This document shows, in pieces, positions 21,704 through 31,478 of a DNA stretch of 64,000 nt. The notes beneath the pieces are model-generated. The model had not been told where the DNA came from, did no database searches, and saw only the letters and a list, made by a program, of their open reading frames with translations. The stretch comes from Candidatus Binatia bacterium (GTDB lineage Bacteria; Desulfobacterota; Binatia; HRBIN30). Numbering within the stretch: the stretch's first letter is position 1; every line of letters starts with the position of its first letter. The DNA is taken from NCBI GenBank assembly GCA_038245295.1, contig JBBRSP010000007.1, forward strand, positions 96,001 through 160,000. Direction: 5' to 3'. The position numbers were made by a program, and so were the translations under genes.

Positions 21704-22831
21704 CTACGACTGACGAGGCGGCAGAGTAAAGCGGAAGGTCGATCCGACGCCGAGCTTGCTCTCGACACTCACGGCGCCGCCGTGCGCCTCGACGAATGTC
21801 TCGACGATGGCAAGGCCAAGGCCGATGCCATCTTTCTCCGGATCGGTCTCATGCTTCTCGAACACCGTCGCTCGACGCTCTTCCGACATGCCTTCGCCGT
21901 TGTCGCGCACCGCACACTCGACGCCGCCTCCCGGCAAGGTTCGCGCTTCGATGACGACCTCGCCACGCGGTGTATAGTTGATGGCGTTGGCGATCAGATT
22001 CTGGAAGACACGCCGCAGCAAACCGGCGTCGGCGTAGGCAACCAGATCATCGGGTATGGCGTTGACGAGTGTTGTACTCGCCGTGCCGGCGACCGGGTGT
22101 AGATCGTGGACGAGCGCTTCGACCAGCGGCCAGAGATCCAGATCGCGGCGCTCCAACTTGATGCCCACCTCGGTTTCGACGTTGGTGTTCTCCTCGAGAA
22201 CCTTGGCGACCAGCGCCTCAAGATGTTGAACGTTGCGGCGTAGCGCGTTGAACATTCTGGAAGCTTGTCCGCTATCCGACGGGTCACGCGGCAGGGTCAT
22301 CTCGAGCACGCGTGCCGCCATCGAGATGGCGTTGAGAGGCGTGCGCAGGTCGTGCGCCACAAATGCCAGATACTCTTCACGCTTCTCCTGCGCCTCCAGC
22401 GCCTTGTACGCCGCGAAGGATTGCACGGCGAGCCCGATCGCGCCGTCGAGCACGCGATTGACGATGTGAAATGGCTCGCCCTGCAGGATCAGTCCGTTCT
22501 GGTCTGCCAGATCGTGAATGCAATCGCGCAGGATGTCATATTCGGCGACCACTTCTTCGATATCGAATGCATCCCGGACGCGCTGTAGGCCGTGGGCTGT
22601 CGGACTGCCCTCGCGCAACGCCTCGGCGATGGTTTGATCGCCGGAGCCGCTGTGCAGGGCAACCGCGATCTCACGCAGCACACGCGGGATATGGTCGTTC
22701 AGGCTCGGTGTATCGAGATGCTTGGCCGATCGGAGTTGGCGGACTTGATCACGCCAACGCGCCAGCAACGGTTCCATCTCGACTTCAAGGAGGCGAGCCA
22801 ACCGGTCGCGGGTTTCGACGGGGTCCACCAT
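21704..22831 (-). CDS. soluble sensor histidine kinase (RsbRD_N-like input, HisKA, HATPase)
   Basis: H-box AHDLRTPL, N-box NLIANAI, DNGEG and GIGLGL; N-terminal HGLQR...EEVVAEY; no TM segment. Confidence 0.88.
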   Translation of the reverse strand: MVDPVETRDRLARLLEVEMEPLLARWRDQVRQLRSAKHLDTPSLNDHIPRVLREIAVALHSGSGDQTIAEALREGSPTAHGLQRVRDAFDIEEVVAEYDILRDCIHDLADQNGLILQGEPFHIVNRVLDGAIGLAVQSFAAYKALEAQEKREEYLAFVAHDLRTPLNAISMAARVLEMTLPRDPSDSGQASRMFNALRRNVQHLEALVAKVLEENTNVETEVGIKLERRDLDLWPLVEALVHDLHPVAGTASTTLVNAIPDDLVAYADAGLLRRVFQNLIANAINYTPRGEVVIEARTLPGGGVECAVRDNGEGMSEERRATVFEKHETDPEKDGIGLGLAIVETFVEAHGGAVSVESKLGVGSTFRFTLPPRQS

Positions 22832-22904
22832 CGCAGCATGCCGGAGGACACTTGGCTTGCCCAGACCCAATATTGACACTCACTCCGGATCTCTGTTCCT
22901 TGCC

Positions 22905-23639
22905 CTACAGGAGCCCACCCTCGCGGGCCGGGCGGGCGCGCTGGTTGTACAGCAGCTTCCGCAAACGCTCGGCGTCCTCCGGGGACACTTTAGACATATC
23001 AACCTGCAAGTCGGCACCGGCGGCCATGCCGCGTTGCACACCCGGCCTGGCACCGAGCTCCTCGAACCAGCGCTTGAAGTAGCGGAACTCTTCGATGTTC
23101 TGGCCTTGCTGTTGCCAGCCGACGGTCCACGGATAACAGATCATGTCGGCGATGCCGTATTCGTCGCCGGCGACGTAACGGCGATCGTAGAGGCGGTTGT
23201 TGAGCACGCCATACAGACGATTCACCTCATCGGTGAAGCGGCGCACCGCGTACGATTGATCCCCTTGCGACTCGCCGAGACGGCGGAAGTGGCCGCACTC
23301 ACCCGTCTTCGGGCCCTGATTGGCCATCTGCCAGATGACCCATTGATTGATTTCATAGCGCGAGCGGATCGCCTGCGGGTAGAACCGGCCGGCCTTCTCA
23401 GCGAGGTACATGATGATGGCGCCGGACTCGAATACCGAGATCGGCGCTCCACCGTCGGACGGCGCGTCGTCGATAATCGCCGGCATGCGATTGTTCGGGC
23501 TGATCTTTAGAAACTCGTCGGTGAACTGATCCCCCTGGCCGATGCTACACGGTACGATGCGATACGGCATGCCGCACTCCTCGAGCAGAATCGTGATCTT
23601 CTTGCCGTTCGGAGTTGGCCAAAAGTGTAGATCGATCAT
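22905..23639 (-). CDS. glutathione S-transferase, YfcG/YghU (Nu) class
   Basis: WPTPNG, ISPNNRMPAI, VFESGAI and WQMANQGP. Confidence 0.9.
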   Translation of the reverse strand: MIDLHFWPTPNGKKITILLEECGMPYRIVPCSIGQGDQFTDEFLKISPNNRMPAIIDDAPSDGGAPISVFESGAIIMYLAEKAGRFYPQAIRSRYEINQWVIWQMANQGPKTGECGHFRRLGESQGDQSYAVRRFTDEVNRLYGVLNNRLYDRRYVAGDEYGIADMICYPWTVGWQQQGQNIEEFRYFKRWFEELGARPGVQRGMAAGADLQVDMSKVSPEDAERLRKLLYNQRARPAREGGLL

Positions 23640-23927
23640 GTGTCCCTCCGTGGTCGCGCCGGTGTCTCTCTGAGGCACCCCAATGCGCGCTTTTTGGGGC
23701 ACTTCGTGTCACATCGTCGCGAGGATGCCACCCCGGATGCGCCGACGGAAGCATGCAACTGACTTTGGGACGCTGTAACACAGACCACGCTTTACCCATT
23801 CGGGCCTCCAAGTTCCCCGCCCGTGCCCGTGCGCCCGCCCGCGTTCGCGGCATGGATCAAGCGCAACGCAGGCACGGGCACGGAGAATACTTTCAACCCT
23901 CAGGCCATCGCGATATTAGAGCGCGCG

Positions 23928-24851
23928 ATGCAGCAATCAGCGACCCAACGCCTCGCAGACCGCGCCGTGTTTCCGCTCCTCGTTGCGGCGATCACAGGCG
24001 TGGCCCTGTTCGGCCCGGAGATCGACCTCGCCGGCCGTTTGGCGATCGAAGCGCGAGTCGCACAGGGTCTCTTGCTGTTCGCCACCGTGGTCTTCTTCTA
24101 CAGCCTCGTCGCGACGCTGGAGTGGCTACATCCGTACCGCCGCGAATGGCGGCTCCCGGCCGGTGACGTACGCACCGATGTGCTGCACCTGCTGCTGTCC
24201 GGACCAGGCAGCAGCGCGTTCTTCGACGCGACGCTGCGTGGCGTTGCCACCGCCGCCGCGGACTGGTGTGCTTCACGCTGGGGTGGGTCGTTGTGGCCGA
24301 CACAGTGGCCGGCAGTCCTGCAGCTGTTCCTCGCCATCCTGATCGCCGAGCTTGGACACTACGCGTTCCATCGGCTGTCGCACGAGAACCCCTGGGTGTG
24401 GCGGCTGCACGCAACACACCACAGCCCGTCACGCCTCTATTGGCTCAATGCCACGCGCTTTCACCCACTGGATCTCCTCGCCCTCATCACCTGCCAGAGT
24501 GTGCCCTTGATCCTGCTGGGAATTACCCCGGAAGCATACTTTCGCTACGCGCTGTTCACGGTTGCCTACGGTCAGGTGCAACACGGCAACATCGCCGTCG
24601 ACACACGCTGGTTCGATTGGCTGTTCAGCACACCAACGCTGCACCGCTGGCACCACTCTGACAATCCGCGCGAGGGCAACACCAACTATGGCGCCATCCT
24701 GATCACCTGGGATCTGCTTTTCGGTAGCTTCTTTCGCCCGAGGCGGGAGTTCCACGGACATGTCGGCATCGGCCGTATGCCGGAGTTTCCCACCAGCTAC
24801 CTCGGGCAACTCGCCTCGCCGTTTCGCTGGAAGCGCTGGCTCCAGCGCTAG
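23928..24851 (+). CDS. sterol desaturase / fatty acid hydroxylase family protein
   Basis: His boxes HYAFHRLSH, HATHH, QH and HRWHH; NYG..L..WD.LFGSF; several TM segments. Confidence 0.88.
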   Translation: MQQSATQRLADRAVFPLLVAAITGVALFGPEIDLAGRLAIEARVAQGLLLFATVVFFYSLVATLEWLHPYRREWRLPAGDVRTDVLHLLLSGPGSSAFFDATLRGVATAAADWCASRWGGSLWPTQWPAVLQLFLAILIAELGHYAFHRLSHENPWVWRLHATHHSPSRLYWLNATRFHPLDLLALITCQSVPLILLGITPEAYFRYALFTVAYGQVQHGNIAVDTRWFDWLFSTPTLHRWHHSDNPREGNTNYGAILITWDLLFGSFFRPRREFHGHVGIGRMPEFPTSYLGQLASPFRWKRWLQR

Positions 24852-24867
24852 AAAATGAGCCCCAACT

Positions 24868-25881
24868 TCACCGGCGCGCGTAACCGCTCGGGGACTGGCC
24901 GGTCCAACGTTTAAAGGCGCGCGAGAATGTGCTGGTGTCGGCAAAGCCGACCATGAAGGCAATGTCGGTGACCGACAGCCGTCCCTCGACGATATAGTTG
25001 CGTGCCAAGGTCATGCGCGCCGCATCGAGCAACTCCTTATACGATGTCCCCTCGTCACCGAGGTGTCGCTGCAGCGTGCGCGCACTCATGCCGAGCTTGC
25101 GCGCCACCGTCTCCTTGCTCGGCGCGCCGTCCGGGAGGCTTTCGAGCAAGGCTTGCTGCACTTTGTTGGTGACGCGCGCCGTTTCGAGGCGCGCCAGGTA
25201 ACGGACGATCACCTCGTCGTTCTGACGTGCAAGCTCGGCGTTTCCGGCCGGCAGACGGCGCTCGAGGTCTTCGCGTTTGTATTCAACACTGTTGCAGGGC
25301 TGCGAGAAGCGCACCGGGCAGCGGAACATCTTGGCGAACGGTTCGGTGTCGGCTGGCGCCGGGCGCTGCAGAGAAACCTCAGTCGGGCTGAAACGCGGGT
25401 CGCCGCACAACAGCCGCGCCTGGCGGACACAAAGTGCGGCTACCGCATCGACGGCTTCGAACGGTGCACCCGGCGGAGCCGACACGTCGATGATCAAGCG
25501 GTAATGGTCGCCAGCCTCCTCGAGACGCAGCTCCAGCACGTCACCGACCATTCGCCGGTAACGAATAACACGCTCCAGGGAATCCTTCAGGGTGCTACTG
25601 GCCAACACCGCATAACCGAGCGCGTGGAAGGTGGTCTGCGCCGTGTAACGGGTTGCGGTAAGGCCAAAACAGGCATCGCCGGTCGCCTCGACCGCCAGTT
25701 GCCACAAGCGCGTCAGCGCCTCGCGCGGCACGCGCGCATCAGGATCTTCCAACGACTCGGGATCGATGCCGGCCTCACGCGCCAGTTGCGGCGCATCGAC
25801 GCCGTGCGCCTCGATCGCGCGCAGGATCGCCGCACTCCAACTGCCGATCGTTGACGGTACATTACGGTTCAGCTTGGCCAA
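24868..25881 (-). CDS. AraC family transcriptional regulator (OruR/VirS-like)
   Basis: C-terminal double HTH: MSARTLQRHL and IAFMVGFADTSTFSRAFKRWTGQSP. Start approximate. Confidence 0.9.
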   Translation of the reverse strand: MAKLNRNVPSTIGSWSAAILRAIEAHGVDAPQLAREAGIDPESLEDPDARVPREALTRLWQLAVEATGDACFGLTATRYTAQTTFHALGYAVLASSTLKDSLERVIRYRRMVGDVLELRLEEAGDHYRLIIDVSAPPGAPFEAVDAVAALCVRQARLLCGDPRFSPTEVSLQRPAPADTEPFAKMFRCPVRFSQPCNSVEYKREDLERRLPAGNAELARQNDEVIVRYLARLETARVTNKVQQALLESLPDGAPSKETVARKLGMSARTLQRHLGDEGTSYKELLDAARMTLARNYIVEGRLSVTDIAFMVGFADTSTFSRAFKRWTGQSPSGYARR

Positions 25882-25972
25882 GCGTTTGTCTCGAATAGCA
25901 CGCAAGATTGGCCCACTCGGCAAAGCAAGGCAACCGCCGCCCGTATATTGTGACGGCACCAGGAGGACACAG

Positions 25973-26908
25973 ATGGATCAGCCGATCATTCGAGTCAGCG
26001 ATATCGCCTTTCCCTACTTCAGCGCCCCCGATCTGAACGTGATGGAAACGTTCCTCGGCGTCTTTGGAATGCAGATCCTGGAGCGTACCAACAACGCCCT
26101 CTACATGCGCGGCACCGACGCACACGGACCGGTGCACGTGACCTACTCGGGCGAGCCAGCCTTCGTTGGCCTCGCCTTCCATGCCGATTCGGCGGCTGAT
26201 CTCGAACGACTCGCCAAGGCGACCGGCACCAAGGTCAAACCGCGCAAGGAAGCGGGCGGCGGCGATGTCGTACATCTGAAGGATCCGGATGGGCGTCGCA
26301 TCGACGTCGTACACGGCCTCCAATCCCTGGAGCCGTTGCCCCTGCGGGCGCACCCGCCGCTCAATACGGGTGGCAATCGAACCCGCGTCGGTACCCTGCA
26401 ACGCGTTGCTCCCGGTCCGGCACAAGTGAAACGCTGTGGCCACGCCGCTCTCAAGACGACCAATCTCGCCATCCTGGCGCGCTGGTACTACGAACATCTC
26501 GGCCTACTGATCTCCGACGACTTTTACATCGAGGGTCCCGACAAACCGATGGGTCGCTTCATGCGCTGTGATCGCGGCGACCAACCGGCCGATCACCACA
26601 CGCTGCTGCTCGTCGAGGTGGGCGAGGTCAAGCTCGGACACGTCGCCTGGGAAGTCGCCGACCTCGACGACCTCATGGTCGGCCACGATCACCTGAAGAT
26701 GAACGGCGGCTACAATCACTACTGGGGCATCGGACGCCACGTCCTCGGTGGCCAGATTTTCGACTATTGGAAGGATCCGCTGGGATTTACCGTCGAGCAC
26801 TGGACCGACAGTGACCTGCTCATCGCTGACACGCCGGCGCAGTCGCATCACATCCTGAACGCGCTGAGCCAGTGGGGCCCGCCGCCGCCGCCGGATCTGG
26901 ATTTTTGA
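25973..26908 (+). CDS. VOC family extradiol ring-cleavage dioxygenase
   Basis: AGGAGG RBS; two-domain VOC fold; probable metal ligands GH(AAL), GH(VAWEV) and VEH; WGIGRHVLGGQIFDYWKDP. Confidence 0.82.
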   Translation: MDQPIIRVSDIAFPYFSAPDLNVMETFLGVFGMQILERTNNALYMRGTDAHGPVHVTYSGEPAFVGLAFHADSAADLERLAKATGTKVKPRKEAGGGDVVHLKDPDGRRIDVVHGLQSLEPLPLRAHPPLNTGGNRTRVGTLQRVAPGPAQVKRCGHAALKTTNLAILARWYYEHLGLLISDDFYIEGPDKPMGRFMRCDRGDQPADHHTLLLVEVGEVKLGHVAWEVADLDDLMVGHDHLKMNGGYNHYWGIGRHVLGGQIFDYWKDPLGFTVEHWTDSDLLIADTPAQSHHILNALSQWGPPPPPDLDF

Positions 26909-26918
26909 GGTTTGAAAT

Positions 26919-27698
26919 ATGGATCTCGGCATCAAAGGCAAACAAGCGATCGTTTGTGCGGCCAGCAAGGGGATTGGAAAAGCCTGCGCCATCTCACTGG
27001 CGCGCGAAGGTGTCGATGTAACGATCAACTCGCGCGGTGGTGAGGCCCTCGACGCGGCCGAGGCGGAGATCCGGGAGATGACGGGCGTGCGCGTCACAGC
27101 CGTCGCCGGTGACATCGCAGCAGCCGAGACACGTGACGCCTTGTTGGCTGCGTGTCCGCATCCCGACATTTTGATCAACAACAATGGTGGACCGATGCCT
27201 GGCCGCTTCCAGGATTGGGATCGCGACGCCTGGCTCGCCGCTGTCGAGGCCAATCTGGTGGCGCCGGTCCTGATGATTCGCGCCGTGCTGGATGGGATGG
27301 TGGAACGTCGCTTCGGACGTATCGTCAACATCACCTCGGCGATGGTGAAAACCCCGATCGGCGCCATGGGCCTATCGTCTGGCGCACGCACCGGCCTGAC
27401 GTCGGTGTGCAAGGGACTGTCGCGCGACGTTGCCCACGCGAATGTCACGATCAACAACATCCTGCCCGAGCGCATTGACACGGAGCGCCAACGTTTCATG
27501 GCGCAGATCACCGCCGCCATGAAGGGCTGTTCACTTGACGAGGCATACGCCGAGATGCGCGGTTCCATCGCCGCGCGCCGGCTCGGGCGTCCGGATGAAG
27601 TTGGCGACTCTTGTGCGTTCCTGTGTAGCGCCCAGGCCGGCTTCATCTCAGGGCAGAATCTTCAACTCGACGGCGGCTCGTACGCCGGCTTGATGTAA
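26919..27698 (+). CDS. SDR oxidoreductase, atypical BKR-like subgroup
   Basis: MDLGIKGK, AASKGIG and NNNGGP; SSGAR in place of YxxxK; ISGQNLQLDGG. Confidence 0.85.
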   Translation: MDLGIKGKQAIVCAASKGIGKACAISLAREGVDVTINSRGGEALDAAEAEIREMTGVRVTAVAGDIAAAETRDALLAACPHPDILINNNGGPMPGRFQDWDRDAWLAAVEANLVAPVLMIRAVLDGMVERRFGRIVNITSAMVKTPIGAMGLSSGARTGLTSVCKGLSRDVAHANVTINNILPERIDTERQRFMAQITAAMKGCSLDEAYAEMRGSIAARRLGRPDEVGDSCAFLCSAQAGFISGQNLQLDGGSYAGLM

Positions 27699-27721
27699 CC
27701 CACGCTGATCAACAAACGCCA

Positions 27722-27776
27722 CTCTCCCACTTCGAGTTGAATCGCTTCTGGTGGGAGCGGATCGGGGTAAGGGTGA
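27722..27776. repeat. degenerate third copy of the ccctctccc repeat family
   Basis: ctctcccacttcgagttgaatcgcttctggtgggagcggatcggggtaagggtg aligns by eye with 16142-16196 and 19482-19534. Confidence 0.6.
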
Positions 27777-27789
27777 AGGAGAACCCGAG

Positions 27790-29493
27790 ATGAAGCGAAT
27801 CGAAGTCCCTGTGTTGATCGTCGGCTCCGGCCCCGTTGGATTGACAGCCAGCATCCTGCTGTCGTGCCTGGGAATCGCCTATCGCACACTCGAGCGCCGC
27901 GCCGTACCTCAACCGGCCCCGGCGGCACACGTCGTTAACGCGCGTACATTTGAGATCCTGCGGCAAGCGGGCGTTGACATGGCTCCGTTCAACGCGGCGT
28001 CGAAGAGTCCGGCCGACGCCGGCTTTGTCTACTGGGTAACCAAGCTGGGAGGCGAAATACTCGGCCGCCTGCCTTTCGAGCGTCAGGGCGAGGACGTCTT
28101 GGCGTTCACACCGACACCCTTGCGCAATCTCTCGCAGCACCGCTTCGAGCCGCTGTTGCTCGACGCCTTGCGTGCCTTCGGCGCGACGATGCCGGATTAT
28201 GGACATCGCTGGGAGTCGGCGGAACAAGACGCTGACGGTGTGACCTCGCGTGTGAGCGTGGCGCAGAGCGGCGAGTCCTACGAGATACGCAGCCGTTACC
28301 TGCTCGCCGCCGATGGCGCCGGCAGCCCGGTACGCAAATGGAGCGGGATCGCGCAGCTTGGCCCGGAGCGCTTGCAGTCGTTCGTGATGATCCACTTCAC
28401 GGCCAATTTGCGTCACCTGGTGCGTCACAACCCGGGCGTCCTCTATTGGATCTCCGATCCCGAGTGCCAGGGCACGTTCGTAGCGCACGATATCGATCGC
28501 GAGTGGGTGTTCATGCACGCGTGGAATCCCGAAAGCGAGTCCGCCGAGAGCTACGATAAAGTGCGCTGTGAAGCGCTGGTGCGGCGAGCCGTGGCCAGCG
28601 CCGCGCTCGATCTCGATATCCGAACCGTCTCCACCTGGCACATGACCTGTCAGGTCGCGGAGCGCTACCGCGCCGGCCGCGTGTTTCTCGTCGGCGACGC
28701 GGCACACCGCTTCCCACCGACGGGTGGGCTCGGGCTCAATACGGGAGTCCAGGACGTGCACAACCTGGTGTGGAAACTCGCCGCGGTCGAGAATGGATTG
28801 GCCGCGCCAGCGCTTCTCGACACCTATGAGAGCGAACGCCAACCGGTGGCGAGGTACAACGCCGACCAAAGTCTGCAGAACGCGATGCGGCTCATGGAAG
28901 TGCCGGCTGCGATGGGTTTCAACCAGGACATCGACGTGGCGCGGCAACAATTCCAGCAGGCGATCACCGACCCGGAGCGCCGCGACGCAATCTCCGCCGC
29001 CATCGCCAATCAAGCTGAGCACTTCGACATGCTCGGTCTGCAGCTCGGGTACACCTACGAGACGGGCGCCCTGCTCGGCGATGATTCAGAGAAGCCGACA
29101 GCGGCCAATCCGGTACGCGACTTCATCCCGAGTAGCCGCCCTGGCTCGCGTTTGCCGCACGGCTGGCTGCAGCGCGGCGACCAGCAGATTTCGAGTCTCG
29201 ACTTGATTGCCGTGGATCGACCAACGCTGCTGGTCGGGCGCGAAGGCCAGGTGTGGGTCGATGCAGCGCGGAGCCTCGGTGCGGCGATTCGTTGTGTGCA
29301 GCTGGGTGAGCAGGTCATGGACGAGAAAGACTGGTGGGGTACGGTGGCCGAAATGCATGCTGACGGCGCGCTGCTCGTGCGACCCGATCAGCACGTGGCG
29401 TTTCGCGCGGCGAGCGCGCCGGCGAACCTATCAACCCTCCTCGGCGAGGCCTTGGCGATCGTGCAGGGGCGCGTCAAAGATCCGCATAACTGA
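27790..29493 (+). CDS. FAD-dependent aromatic monooxygenase (TfdB/PheA-like)
   Basis: GSGPVG, AADGAGS, GDAAHRFPPTGGLGLNTG, PGSRLPH and LVRPDQHV. Confidence 0.88.
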   Translation: MKRIEVPVLIVGSGPVGLTASILLSCLGIAYRTLERRAVPQPAPAAHVVNARTFEILRQAGVDMAPFNAASKSPADAGFVYWVTKLGGEILGRLPFERQGEDVLAFTPTPLRNLSQHRFEPLLLDALRAFGATMPDYGHRWESAEQDADGVTSRVSVAQSGESYEIRSRYLLAADGAGSPVRKWSGIAQLGPERLQSFVMIHFTANLRHLVRHNPGVLYWISDPECQGTFVAHDIDREWVFMHAWNPESESAESYDKVRCEALVRRAVASAALDLDIRTVSTWHMTCQVAERYRAGRVFLVGDAAHRFPPTGGLGLNTGVQDVHNLVWKLAAVENGLAAPALLDTYESERQPVARYNADQSLQNAMRLMEVPAAMGFNQDIDVARQQFQQAITDPERRDAISAAIANQAEHFDMLGLQLGYTYETGALLGDDSEKPTAANPVRDFIPSSRPGSRLPHGWLQRGDQQISSLDLIAVDRPTLLVGREGQVWVDAARSLGAAIRCVQLGEQVMDEKDWWGTVAEMHADGALLVRPDQHVAFRAASAPANLSTLLGEALAIVQGRVKDPHN

Positions 29494-30346
29494 TGACGTC
29501 GATGCCATGCTCGGCGAGTGCAGCTCGCACGCGCGGGCTCGTCAGCCCGGCCAGTTCCGCTTCGCATTCATAGTCGGCGGGGCGCCAGCGGCGCGCTTCC
29601 TCGTCGACGATCGACGCGTGTGTGTAAATTTCCGTAACGCCAGGCGGCAACGCGGTGATGGCGCCGAGCAAGAAGTGTTCGGTCATAAAACCGCTCTGGT
29701 GTAATCCGAATAACTGATCCGTGTGGCGAATATTCGCGGCGGCAAGCCGCGGCGTGGCGTAGCTATCGAGAGCGCGGAAGGTGATGCCCTCGAGGCGCTT
29801 GCGCAGCGCGAAGCGTGGATCGAGGCGTAGCGCGATGTCGAGCGGCTCGCGTGGCAAACGCATGGCTCGGATCCCGAAACGGTCCTTGGCTTTCAGCAAT
29901 ATGCCAAGCACGGTTGGATGCATGTGGATATTCAGATGACCATCGACGTGCGAGAGCGGCAGACCGGTGGCAACGAACTTCGCGAGTTGCGCGTGGATCT
30001 CGCTCTCCAGCTGGGCTCGGATGCCAGGCGTAAAGAAGTAGCGGCAACCCGTCGCCACCGAATCATTGCGGAACATCCCAGCGCTATCGACCAGACCAGG
30101 AATCTGTTGCGGCGACAGCGTCGCCTTCCCCTGCAGCAGAACCAGATGCAGCCCAACCGCCAGCGTCGGATTGGCATGCGCAAGCGCGACCGCTTCGTCG
30201 AAAGCACTCGCATTCACCATCAAGCTGGCATTACGCAGCACGCCTTCACGATGAGCACGCAGGATCCCGGCGTTGACGCCCGGCGATAGTCCAAAATCGT
30301 CCGCTGAGAAGATAACCCGGCGGCGCGTTTCGTTCGGAGTACTCAT
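29474..30346 (-). CDS. hpnK: hopanoid-associated ChbG/YdjC family deacetylase HpnK
   Basis: SADDFGL, AHREG, VGLHLVL, RYFF, QLAKF, HVDGHLNIHMHP and EIYTH. Confidence 0.8.
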   Translation of the reverse strand: MSTPNETRRRVIFSADDFGLSPGVNAGILRAHREGVLRNASLMVNASAFDEAVALAHANPTLAVGLHLVLLQGKATLSPQQIPGLVDSAGMFRNDSVATGCRYFFTPGIRAQLESEIHAQLAKFVATGLPLSHVDGHLNIHMHPTVLGILLKAKDRFGIRAMRLPREPLDIALRLDPRFALRKRLEGITFRALDSYATPRLAAANIRHTDQLFGLHQSGFMTEHFLLGAITALPPGVTEIYTHASIVDEEARRWRPADYECEAELAGLTSPRVRAALAEHGIDVISYADL

Positions 30347-30481
30347 GCAGCGGTCGGCGACGATAGGATAGATCGCCGCGATTCACCATTGTCGCGTCAC
30401 CATTTCGCCAATTGCGAACGATTCATCCGCGGATGCACACAGCCCGGCTTCCAGCCGGAACCAACTCAGGCCAACCAGCCC

Positions 30482-30665
30482 CACCTCCGTCATACCGGCG
30501 AAAGCCGGAATCTCCCAAGCCTTCCGCAGTTTCAAATCGAGGAGAGCCCGGCTTTCTAGACTGTCGATTTTCTCTGAACACCTCCGTCATACCGGCGAAA
30601 GCCGGTATCTCCCCGGCATTTTTGGCCTTCCACTCGAGGAGATCCCGTCTTCCGCCGGGATGACG
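30482..30665. repeat. cluster of REP-like palindromes (gtcataccggcgaaagccgg.atc family)
   Basis: Direct copies cacctccgtcataccggcgaaagccgg(a/t)atctccc at 30482-30516 and 30579-30613. Inverted copy ggagatcccgtcttccgccgggatgacg at 30638-30665; partial inverted copy at about 30541. Confidence 0.85.
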
Positions 30666-30766
30666 TTGCTTCATTTCAGCGTTCATCCGCGTCCATGCGA
30701 GACAACGATGCCCACTGCCTCTCCCCCGCGTTGCGCATCCGCGGCTGTGTTAGTACGCTGGCTCTA

Positions 30767-31171
30767 ATGAAGCTCGACCTCACGTCTTGGAAACGGGCCT
30801 TGGCCAGCCTGGAACGCGGCATTATCCGCTCCACCACCGCCCCGAAGGACGAGGAGCTGCGCGATGCCGTCATTCAACGCTTCGAATACTCCTACGAGCT
30901 CTCGTGGAAGATGCTCAAGCGGCACCTGGAACAGGTGGTACCGGATCCCGGTGCGGTTGATCAGTGGTCCTTCAAAGAGCTGATGCGCGAAGCCGCCGAG
31001 CGCGGTCTGATCGCTGCCGTCGAGCCCTGGATTGAGTACCGCCATCAGCGCAATCTGACGGCACACGCCTACGACGAAGAGAAGGCGCAACGTGTCTACC
31101 AGAGCGCCAAAGCCTTCCTCGTCGATGCCACCGCGTTGCTGACCGAGTTGGAGCGGCGCAATGTCGCTTGA
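30767..31171 (+). CDS. HEPN domain ribonuclease toxin (HI0074/HepT family)
   Basis: RDAVIQRFEYSYELSWK and the Rx4HxY motif RNLTAHAY. Confidence 0.88.
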   Translation: MKLDLTSWKRALASLERGIIRSTTAPKDEELRDAVIQRFEYSYELSWKMLKRHLEQVVPDPGAVDQWSFKELMREAAERGLIAAVEPWIEYRHQRNLTAHAYDEEKAQRVYQSAKAFLVDATALLTELERRNVA

Positions 31172-31478
31172 CCTCGAAGCGCGCCTCCTGCGGGAGGTGC
31201 GGCGGATTCTGCAGGAACATGTTCCCGAATGCGAGGTGTGGGCCTTTGGATCCCGCGTCGGCGTCGCCGCAAAGCACTTCAGCGATCTCGATTTAGCCGT
31301 GGTCTCGACTACTGCGCTACCAACTCGGCGGCTGGCGCTGCTCGCCAACGCTTTCGAAGAGTCGGATCTGCCGATCAAAGTCGACATCGTTGACTGGCAA
31401 TCTACATCCCCGGCGTTTCAGCAGCGGATCGCAGAACATCACGAAATCATCTTTCGTCCCGTTGACGCTGTACCGTAA
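31161..31478 (+). CDS. minimal nucleotidyltransferase antitoxin (HI0073/MntA family)
   Basis: FGSR...SDLDLAV (GSx10DxD) and KVDIVD; overlaps the HEPN gene by 11 nt. Confidence 0.88.
   Translation: MSLDLEARLLREVRRILQEHVPECEVWAFGSRVGVAAKHFSDLDLAVVSTTALPTRRLALLANAFEESDLPIKVDIVDWQSTSPAFQQRIAEHHEIIFRPVDAVP

Noticed and set aside
30482..30665. CRISPR array (35-bp direct repeats)
   Set aside because: Only two direct copies plus inverted ones, a 62-bp spacer and no cas genes; fits REP-like palindromes.
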